Shown here piece by piece: positions 36,028 to 42,657 of a stretch of 42,657 nt of DNA. A program made the translations under genes and the position numbers. Numbering within the stretch: position 1 is the stretch's first letter; every line of letters starts with the position of its first letter. This stretch comes from a virus (lineage: Duplodnaviria; Heunggongvirae; Uroviricota; Caudoviricetes): positions 1 through 42,657 of IMG/VR virus record IMGVR_UViG_2541047850_000006; one strand, 5' to 3'. The notes below the pieces were generated by a model that searched no databases, was not told the DNA's origin, and was given only the letters and a program-made list of their open reading frames with translations.

Positions 36028-36918
36028 TTATGCCGGTAAAGCAATTTCTAACGGTTTATCCAAAGGTTGTTTGTCGAATGCCAGCAGTGGCAGCGTGTCA
36101 GGCAGTCGACGACCAAAGTCAGGGTTTCGGTACACACCATACAACGGAGACGTAAAGCTCAGGTTGTGAATGTCCTTGAGCAGCTTCACAATGCTGGCCT
36201 CGTCCACCAGACTGTCGGCAATGTCCTGAATCGTCGTGCCACGATTCCGCCCAGCTTTTGCCAGGGAACTGTTCTTGTGGTAGTCCGCCACCAGATCACG
36301 CAGTGCACGGCGACGACGAGACTCGCTCATTGCGAACAACTCTTTGACGATCGCCTCGTTATCACCCGTGTCGGAACGGAAATGGCGCTGGAATACACGC
36401 AGTGCACTTTCATAGCTCTTCGGTCGCTCAGGGCGGATAAACTTAAACCCTGCTTTCATGGCGAAGGGATTGTATTTGCTCATCGAGGACTGGATCTCAA
36501 TGATTGGCCGGTCATGCATCCTGCTAACCAGGTTAATCATTCGATAAGAGACGCCTACGCCACGATACTGAGTATCCACAACTGAGCGACTGATCACCGC
36601 AAAGTTGTTATTCACGTACCGACCCCAGTACTGGTTAGCCACGGTGGTATTAGTGGTTGGTTTCAACTTAGGAAACATGCGGTGGCGAGGTGCCAACAGT
36701 AGTTTCGGGTAAGCCATAACCACGACGCCCACCAGACGATCATCAAGTTCGCAGCGATAGTAAGTTGGCGCGAAAGGTTTGCCGTCTGTTTTGTAGTGAA
36801 GCGACTTAAGAGCGTGCCAGTCCTCTACAGTTCCCTTTGTAACAGTCATTCGCTCCAGAAAGTCCAGATGACGCGGAAACTCTTCAGGGCGGTAGCGTTT
36901 AATGATGATGTCCGTCAT
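36028..36918 (-). CDS. GNAT-fold (acyl-CoA N-acyltransferase-like) protein with ~130-aa C-terminal extension
   Basis: QYRGVGVSYRM fits the GNAT Q/R-x-x-G-x-G/A acetyl-CoA loop, preceded by beta-strand-like YYRCELDDRLVGVVVMAY; its start overlaps the ATPase stop. Confidence 0.5.
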   Translation of the reverse strand: MTDIIIKRYRPEEFPRHLDFLERMTVTKGTVEDWHALKSLHYKTDGKPFAPTYYRCELDDRLVGVVVMAYPKLLLAPRHRMFPKLKPTTNTTVANQYWGRYVNNNFAVISRSVVDTQYRGVGVSYRMINLVSRMHDRPIIEIQSSMSKYNPFAMKAGFKFIRPERPKSYESALRVFQRHFRSDTGDNEAIVKELFAMSESRRRRALRDLVADYHKNSSLAKAGRNRGTTIQDIADSLVDEASIVKLLKDIHNLSFTSPLYGVYRNPDFGRRLPDTLPLLAFDKQPLDKPLEIALPA

Positions 36919-37580
36919 AAATGGACCTCATCATGACTACCATTGTGATATTCCACCTTCACGCGTTCTTTGTAGTGCTTGATGATCTGCATATCCGGGC
37001 GCAGCGCGTTCTTCAGGTCTTCGTGAGTCGTCGCCACCATTACCGTCGCACCAACCTTTCGAGCGGCACGCTGGAGGTTAGATGCCACAACCTGAGCGGT
37101 TACACGGTCTAGAACAGCACCGAACTCGTCAGCAGCCCACACTTTAGCGCCTGACTCAATCAGTTTGGCAATCTTGAGACGATATTTCTGGCCGTCTGAC
37201 ATTTCAGAAGGCTTGCGAACAAACAGATATGCATCGTTCAGACCAGCCATAGATAACAACCCAAGCGCATCGCTGGTCGTTTTGCCCAACTGATCGATGA
37301 CGTTAACCTCATTATCGAAGGTAAAATCATCGATGGAGGCTACAGACAGCCCTTCATCCTTCATCTGTCGTTGCAACTCGCGCAGCACAACGGATTTGCC
37401 GGAACCGGATTGGCCGGTGATGTACACCACATCGCCCTGCTTCACTTCCAGCTCCAGATTGTCGTAAAGCGTCCACTCTTTTTCGTCCAGGCCAAGCCCG
37501 AACGACTCAGCGATTTCCAACGTGCGCGTGGTTTTATTTACGTGTGTCTGAAACGATACGTTGATGTTGTATTTGCTCAT
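36915..37580 (-). CDS. Small stand-alone ABC-type ATPase (221 aa)
   Basis: Walker A GQSGSGKS, ABC signature LSDGQKYRL, Walker B VWAADEF, H-loop-like VMVATTHE; 4-nt overlaps with both neighbours. Confidence 0.7.
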   Translation of the reverse strand: MSKYNINVSFQTHVNKTTRTLEIAESFGLGLDEKEWTLYDNLELEVKQGDVVYITGQSGSGKSVVLRELQRQMKDEGLSVASIDDFTFDNEVNVIDQLGKTTSDALGLLSMAGLNDAYLFVRKPSEMSDGQKYRLKIAKLIESGAKVWAADEFGAVLDRVTAQVVASNLQRAARKVGATVMVATTHEDLKNALRPDMQIIKHYKERVKVEYHNGSHDEVHL

Positions 37581-38278
37581 GCAGCCATCTCCCCGGAAGA
37601 GATCTTCTCCGCATATGCCACAAATGCGTCTACCCCGCTTTCTCCCGTCATTTCTTCCATATGGGCAAGCAAATCACCAACAACAATGGCAGAGCCAGCA
37701 GGGAGAGTTTTAAAGCCCAATACGTCGACAACACGTACTTCTTCCGCTGCAACTTCACGACTGATCTCGGTGTGTTCATCCTTCTGTCGTTTAGTTTCTT
37801 CGCCAAGATCGATAACTAGCGAGTCGGTGTCCATTTCTTCTGTCATACTGCCAACGAGAACATTCAACTCACGCTCTTCAAAGCCGAAAACCTCGATATC
37901 GTCCAGAACAAGCGACTCAAGCTCTTTCTGTAGCTTAATTGCATCGTAATCAATGCTGGCAAGTCGGTTATCTTCAAGGCGCTTCGCACGAACCTCGTCA
38001 TCACTGAGATCATCGCGAACAATAACCGGTACACGCTCAAGTCCAGCAAAAATTGCAGCCTCACGGCGGCCGTGGCCAGTAATAATTACGTCGTTCTTAT
38101 CGACCGTAATTGGCTGGTCAAATCCGCGCTTTTTAATGGCTGCGGCCAGATCTCTGATCTGCTGTTCATCATGCTTTTTGGCATTCATCTCATAGGGAAT
38201 AAGATCTGCCGGGTCGCGATATACGATTTCAAACTTTTTGGTCATTACATACGCTCCTTGTAGTAGTCGACCAGCCAC
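37577..38278 (-). CDS. ParB/Srx-fold domain protein 2 (likely start at ATG near 38245)
   Basis: ParB N-terminal-domain-like ...VIITGHGRREAAIFAGLERVPV...; the ATG overlaps the stop of the upstream ParB-like gene. Confidence 0.65.
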   Translation of the reverse strand: MAGRLLQGAYVMTKKFEIVYRDPADLIPYEMNAKKHDEQQIRDLAAAIKKRGFDQPITVDKNDVIITGHGRREAAIFAGLERVPVIVRDDLSDDEVRAKRLEDNRLASIDYDAIKLQKELESLVLDDIEVFGFEERELNVLVGSMTEEMDTDSLVIDLGEETKRQKDEHTEISREVAAEEVRVVDVLGFKTLPAGSAIVVGDLLAHMEEMTGESGVDAFVAYAEKISSGEMAA

Positions 38279-38943
38279 ACCAGAGCCTCACCAGCGTTTT
38301 CCATTTCATTGCCAGTATTAATTGCCTGGTCTTTGATGATGTTTTTTATGGTTTCTGCAACGCGATCTGACGCATCGAAGGTTACTTTGAAGCGCATGGT
38401 CTGATGTTCCGCACCGACACGTTCGGTTTTCTCTCGTTTGTCGGTATCGACAGGCTCATCACTACCACGAGACAACGCCTCCAGTGCTTCAAGGTCAATT
38501 GCCGCCTCTTTTGCTAAAACCATCGAGATTTCGTCGTCATACGGGGCGATTTCAGACAGTTGATAGTCAAGTTCTGACTGAATTTCTTCAATGAAGCGTT
38601 GCAATGCGATTTGGTCGTCTTCACCGTATCGCTCGTTGTCCACCAGTGACATCTGTTTTGCCACGACATCGCTAATTTTGCCCACAGAAAGCACAGGAAC
38701 CGTTGAAATTCCTTGCTCAATAGCAGCACGCCAGCGATGTTCGCCGCCGAGGATTTCAAAAAATCCATCTTCAAGCTCACGAGCCAAAATTGGCTTAAAA
38801 AAGCCCAATTTTTCGATAGAACCTTTCAGTTTTTCGAAATTCTGCGCACCAACCGAATTGGTGTTCCAGGTATTCGGGCGAAGGTTGGCAACATCAACCT
38901 GCAAAATCGTGATTTTTACGTCCATTTTATTGCTACAATCCAC
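38245..38943 (-). CDS. ParB/Srx-fold domain protein 1 (likely start at ATG near 38925)
   Basis: ParB N-terminal-domain-like ...FEILGGEHRWRAAIEQGISTVPV...; first gene of the operon; palindromic motif immediately upstream. Confidence 0.65.
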   Translation of the reverse strand: MDCSNKMDVKITILQVDVANLRPNTWNTNSVGAQNFEKLKGSIEKLGFFKPILARELEDGFFEILGGEHRWRAAIEQGISTVPVLSVGKISDVVAKQMSLVDNERYGEDDQIALQRFIEEIQSELDYQLSEIAPYDDEISMVLAKEAAIDLEALEALSRGSDEPVDTDKREKTERVGAEHQTMRFKVTFDASDRVAETIKNIIKDQAINTGNEMENAGEALVWLVDYYKERM

Positions 38944-38962
38944 TAAGTAATCACTTACTTAT
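38943..38962. promoter_or_regulatory. 20-bp palindromic motif CTAAGTA-ATCACT-TACTTAT in the divergent region between the ParB-like operon and the SF2 helicase
   Basis: Same half-site architecture as 11165-11184. Confidence 0.5.
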
Positions 38963-39007
38963 CATAATAGCCAAATAACATACAAAAGGCACTAAGGAAA
39001 GAGGTTT

Positions 39008-40567
39008 ATGACTGTTCGGATTGTATCTAACGCAGTAAATGCGCTTATTTCTGGCGCAGATGACAAGGTAAAGCAACTGGTGCAGCAAATGTTGAGCTAC
39101 GAAGTCGAGGCTGGCGACTGGAAGGGCACAAGCACAATGTTCAACTGGAGCAAAAACTCGTTCCCTGCTGGCTTTGCCAAGCCCGTGGCGGCTAATTTGA
39201 ACAAGGCGGGCATCAAATGTGTTCATATCCGCAAAGACAAAGCCCCGGCGCTTGGTAAACCAAATCCGGCGGTTAACCCATTCCCATACAATCCTGATTA
39301 TGCGTATCAGGATCAGACTGTGGAAACACTGGTTCGAGAGGGAATGATGATTGCGCAGATCGCTACTGGTGGCGGGAAATCTAACGTTGCCTGCAAAGCA
39401 GCTGCACGTATCGGTCGAATGACATTATTTTTAACAACCCGCTCTGTTCTGATGTTTCAAATGGCCGAAAACTTCCAGAGATCCATCGACTACCGCGCCA
39501 AAAATGGCGAACCGTGGTTAAAAGACCAAAAGGTTGGAGTCATTGGCTCGGGTGAGTTCCAGGTATCACGACATATCAACGTCGCTACAGTTCAAACTCT
39601 TGCAAGTTTCCTCGAAGAACCACCACGCGATGCAACACCAGATAAGAAAAGCTACCACCTCAAACGTCGGGAGTTGGTGAAACGCTTCCTTTCAAGTGTC
39701 TCTCTTCTTATTCTGGAAGAGGCGCATGAGTCTTCAGGCTCAAATTTCTATGACATCGCCAGATTATGTGTGAACGCAGACTATCGTCTGGCGCTTACAG
39801 CCACGCCGTTCATGAAGGATTCGACGGAAGCCAACATGCGCCTGATGGCGGTGGCCGGGCGAATTGAAATTAAAGTCACAGAAAAGTATCTGATTGATCG
39901 AGGCATTCTGGCAAAGCCGTACTTCCTTTATCATAAAGTTGCCTACAAGCCAGACGAGGCCAGAATCAAGGCCGAACTTGCCAACAAACACCTCAATTTT
40001 AGAGTTGGTATGAGCACCGCCTACCAAAAGGCTTATCAGTTGGGGATCGTGTATAATTTGGGACGTAATGAGGCCATTGTTCGCGAAGCATTGCTCTATA
40101 AGCAACATTCTCTCAATTGTATGACTCTGGTTCGTCTTAAACGCCACGGGCAAATCCTGATGGAAATGATGAAAGAGTCCGGCCTTAGAGTTGACTTCAT
40201 CTATGGGGAATCGAACCAGGCGACAAGGCAAGCAAAGCTGAACAGTTTAGCGTCTGGCGAAATAGATGTTTTAATAGGCTCGACTATTCTGGATGTCGGT
40301 GTTGATGTGCCAAGCGTTGGTGCGGTCATTCTGGCTGGTGGTGGGAAAGCAGAAGTTGAAATGAGGCAGCGTGTCGGTCGTGGCTTACGAGCCAAGAAGA
40401 ATCAGGCAAACGTGTGTTTTATCACTGATTTCATTGACATTAGCAACAAATACCTGTTGTCTCACTCTTATGAGCGAAAACACATCATCGACACCACACC
40501 TGGCTTTGCGGAAGGTGTATTGCCTATTGATGGCGCATTCGATTTTGGAGTTCTGAAACGAGATTAG
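39008..40567 (+). CDS. Superfamily-2 helicase (DEAD/DEAH-box, ResIII-like), 519 aa
   Basis: Walker A ATGGGKS, DEAH-like LEEAH, motif III LTATP, motif VI-like GRGLR; ATG with AGGAAAGAGG SD. Confidence 0.75.
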   Translation: MTVRIVSNAVNALISGADDKVKQLVQQMLSYEVEAGDWKGTSTMFNWSKNSFPAGFAKPVAANLNKAGIKCVHIRKDKAPALGKPNPAVNPFPYNPDYAYQDQTVETLVREGMMIAQIATGGGKSNVACKAAARIGRMTLFLTTRSVLMFQMAENFQRSIDYRAKNGEPWLKDQKVGVIGSGEFQVSRHINVATVQTLASFLEEPPRDATPDKKSYHLKRRELVKRFLSSVSLLILEEAHESSGSNFYDIARLCVNADYRLALTATPFMKDSTEANMRLMAVAGRIEIKVTEKYLIDRGILAKPYFLYHKVAYKPDEARIKAELANKHLNFRVGMSTAYQKAYQLGIVYNLGRNEAIVREALLYKQHSLNCMTLVRLKRHGQILMEMMKESGLRVDFIYGESNQATRQAKLNSLASGEIDVLIGSTILDVGVDVPSVGAVILAGGGKAEVEMRQRVGRGLRAKKNQANVCFITDFIDISNKYLLSHSYERKHIIDTTPGFAEGVLPIDGAFDFGVLKRD

Positions 40568-40569
40568 TT

Positions 40570-40848
40570 ATGAGCGAAAAGAAAACAACTTATTGCCAAG
40601 TGGCATTGTCTGATAAGGCCAATGAAAAACTTGGAAAATTCCAAATAAAACTCAAAGAGAAAAAAATCAAGATGTCTAAGGCTGAAGTTATCAATGCCAT
40701 TCTGGAGACGATGACTATGGCTGAATTTGACAAAGTCACATCTGCCGTTGGGGTTTCCGCTAAGACGCGTGAGAAAATCATGCGCATCTATGAAAACTCC
40801 AATATGACAAAAAAAGATCTAGAGGAAATACTGAGCAGGTTGCCGTAA
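40570..40848 (+). CDS. Small ribbon-helix-helix-like protein candidate (92 aa)
   Basis: N-terminal beta-strand-like TTYCQVAL followed by two helices (SDKANEKLGKF..., MSKAEVINAILETM); begins 3 nt after the helicase stop; visibly AT-rich. Confidence 0.4.
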   Translation: MSEKKTTYCQVALSDKANEKLGKFQIKLKEKKIKMSKAEVINAILETMTMAEFDKVTSAVGVSAKTREKIMRIYENSNMTKKDLEEILSRLP

Positions 40849-40880
40849 CATTTCATATTTACCCCCTATCTACTAATTCT

Positions 40881-40916
40881 ATGATGTGCTCACTTGTTAG
40901 AAAGGAGCACATCATG
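40881..40916 (+). promoter_or_regulatory. 11-bp perfect inverted repeat ATGATGTGCTC-N13-GAGCACATCAT enclosing the SD (AGGAG) and ATG of the downstream gene
   Basis: Read directly; either an mRNA hairpin sequestering the RBS or a palindromic operator. Confidence 0.5.
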
Positions 40917-41480
40917 AGTTGGTTAAAAGAATTATCATTTGTTGACACCACTGGCGCTAAGAAAAATCATTCTTTCTGGAAAGTCAGCGATCCTTCTGAT
41001 TTTCTTGTTGGCGTTAATGCTGCTTTTGAATTGCTTAACTTTTATCAACGTTATCCTGAAATGAAACACAGTCCACTCCTGTACAGAATAACAAACGATA
41101 TGAATAGGTCTGGTTTATTATCAAGTGAGTCAGCGAAAGGCTTTTTTAGCAAAATAACGCCACACATATCATTCGATGCTGCAAACGAAATTGATTATCT
41201 ATCCACGAAACCTCAAGAACAATTATCTGTACTACCTGAGAAAAAAGAAAGACGAATTGCCAGCATTGAAAATATATCGAAAGAGCTTCGCACAACAACG
41301 TTGAGGCTGCTGAACTTTCTTACGCTACTAAATTGGATAGATGATCAAACATTGATTCCATCAACCGATGCGTTGGATAACAGAGTCCTTAGGCTGAACA
41401 AAAAATCGCAATTTGGTTTTGTGTTCACCAAAAAAGGTGAAGATTTAATCAAAAGAAAATATAGATTATTGAATGATTAA
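40881..41480 (+). CDS. Hypothetical protein (about 188 aa from ATG at ~40914), AT-rich
   Basis: Track ORF; the ATG inside the inverted repeat is preceded by AGGAG; no recognisable domain. Confidence 0.5.
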   Translation: MMCSLVRKEHIMSWLKELSFVDTTGAKKNHSFWKVSDPSDFLVGVNAAFELLNFYQRYPEMKHSPLLYRITNDMNRSGLLSSESAKGFFSKITPHISFDAANEIDYLSTKPQEQLSVLPEKKERRIASIENISKELRTTTLRLLNFLTLLNWIDDQTLIPSTDALDNRVLRLNKKSQFGFVFTKKGEDLIKRKYRLLND

Positions 41481-41486
41481 TAGTCT

Positions 41487-41536
41487 ACATGCAGGTGTAT
41501 GAGAGCACCTGCATGTGACATTCATCACATTTTTTG
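41487..41536 (+). terminator. Terminator-like hairpin (11-bp stem ACATGCAGGTG/CACCTGCATGT) with a downstream T-run
   Basis: Read directly; the T-tract is displaced ~15 nt from the stem, so efficiency is uncertain. Confidence 0.45.
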
Positions 41537-41624
41537 AAGTGCACACCTCCGGCTGAAAAAAATTCTTGATTGGCTGAATGATATTTGTAGGCTTCATCGC
41601 TGAGTTTGGTCGAAGGGATAGCTA

Positions 41625-42200
41625 ATGGCTCTTTCAAATACACAACTTCACACGATATTGGATAAAGCTTCATATGTATCAAATGGGACACTTAGCGAAA
41701 ATAACATTCAGATACAACGGGGGAAAGAAACGAAAGATAAAATTCACGCTAAAGGTTTCTACTTCGGAAAGAGTTCAGCATTACGAGAATCTTATTCAAA
41801 AAACAACCCTTACTACATTTATTTAATTTCACCAGACAATGAGGAAAGACGAGATGATTATTCATTGGTCATTTTCCCTTTCCAGATAAAAGAAATACTT
41901 CCTGTGATCGAAAGTATAGATGGTATTACCCCAGGATATATTCAGTTAAGCTCAAACTTCAATACGTTCAAAATTCACAATCGCTTAAAAAGTGATTCAT
42001 ATTGTGGCGTAGGCTACTCTATAAAGGTTGAGAACGAAGACAGTCTATGGGAACTTATTGTGCAGATCAAGAAAAGGCTTGAGTTACCTAGAGGAGATAA
42101 GAACAGACTATCGACGCTACCTCAGAATGGATTACCTAAGACAAAAGAGGAAAATACACCTCAAAAGCTGATTGTAGATCTGCTCAACAAACGCTCATAA
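41625..42200 (+). CDS. Hypothetical protein (191 aa), AT-rich
   Basis: Track ORF; no confident domain. Confidence 0.5.
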   Translation: MALSNTQLHTILDKASYVSNGTLSENNIQIQRGKETKDKIHAKGFYFGKSSALRESYSKNNPYYIYLISPDNEERRDDYSLVIFPFQIKEILPVIESIDGITPGYIQLSSNFNTFKIHNRLKSDSYCGVGYSIKVENEDSLWELIVQIKKRLELPRGDKNRLSTLPQNGLPKTKEENTPQKLIVDLLNKRS

Positions 42201-42207
42201 ACTCTCA

Positions 42208-42582
42208 TTGTCAAAGACGGTTAAAAAGATGAAGTCTAAAAAAATTCAATTTTTTTCTATGGCACTCTTGGCATTCTATATAGGAAATACAGTAGCCAAA
42301 CCTTTAACGCCCGTTCAGCAAGATTACATTAAAAATATTATAGAAAAACAATTACTGGCCCCGGATGCAGCTAAATACAAATTCCCAGATCACGTTGAAG
42401 GTAGCAATACATATTGTTTCAAACTAAATGCGACTAACTCATATGGTGGGTATACAGGTTACAGATGGGTACAAATTCCTTACAATGACGTGTTAACCAA
42501 GAACAGCAACACTATTGTAGATCTAAATATCCTACCTAAAGAGGTTTTTGAAGAAAGCTGTAAAGAATTAGGGTATAAGTAG
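42208..42582 (+). CDS. Small secreted/periplasmic protein candidate (124 aa) with N-terminal signal peptide
   Basis: MKSKKIQFFSMALLAFYIGNTVA resembles a Sec signal peptide; two Cys in the mature part. Confidence 0.5.
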   Translation: MSKTVKKMKSKKIQFFSMALLAFYIGNTVAKPLTPVQQDYIKNIIEKQLLAPDAAKYKFPDHVEGSNTYCFKLNATNSYGGYTGYRWVQIPYNDVLTKNSNTIVDLNILPKEVFEESCKELGYK

Positions 42583-42657
42583 CTCATCACTTGGAAGCAT
42601 ACCCTCGACAATATCAGAAAGATTTGTCGAGGGTTCGGACTTTCCCTATGTCTGAAC

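Noticed and set aside
1-42657. tRNA, rRNA or integrase/attachment-site search
   Set aside because: No cloverleaf-like conserved tRNA segments, rRNA-like sequence or recombinase motifs were recognised by eye; this is a negative by inspection only (tRNAscan-SE and profile searches would be needed)

Overview
The window is almost entirely one contiguous tailed-phage genome segment encoded on the minus strand, with plasmid-type maintenance genes, so it looks like a phage-plasmid (reminiscent of SSU5/pHCM2-type elements; this is inference, not verified). Reading right to left: a tightly coupled 5-gene operon (two ParB-like proteins, a small ABC-type ATPase, a GNAT-fold protein, a winged-helix protein), then small and large terminase, portal, scaffold, major capsid, head-tail connectors, major tail, G/T chaperones, a 1527-aa tape measure, lambda-like M/L/K/I/J, an Stf-like side tail fiber, a lysis cluster, a 2-gene moron, a ParA + RHH partition pair, a lone plus-strand GIY-YIG nuclease gene, a split helicase/primase replication module, two unknown genes, and IS2 remnants at the left edge. 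The right end carries a plus-strand SF2 helicase followed by a visibly AT-rich island of small unknown genes. The candidates I rank highest for an undescribed system are the ParB-ParB-ABC-GNAT-wHTH operon next to the terminase, the AT-rich island, and a dispersed 20-bp palindromic motif with two long palindromic elements that suggest a phage-wide regulon. No tRNA, rRNA, CRISPR array or integrase was recognised. Several track ORFs begin with GTG/TTG and are probably N-terminally over-extended. My by-eye coordinates for non-ORF features may be off by 1-2 bp; all functional calls rest on motifs, synteny and recalled homologues, not on database searches.
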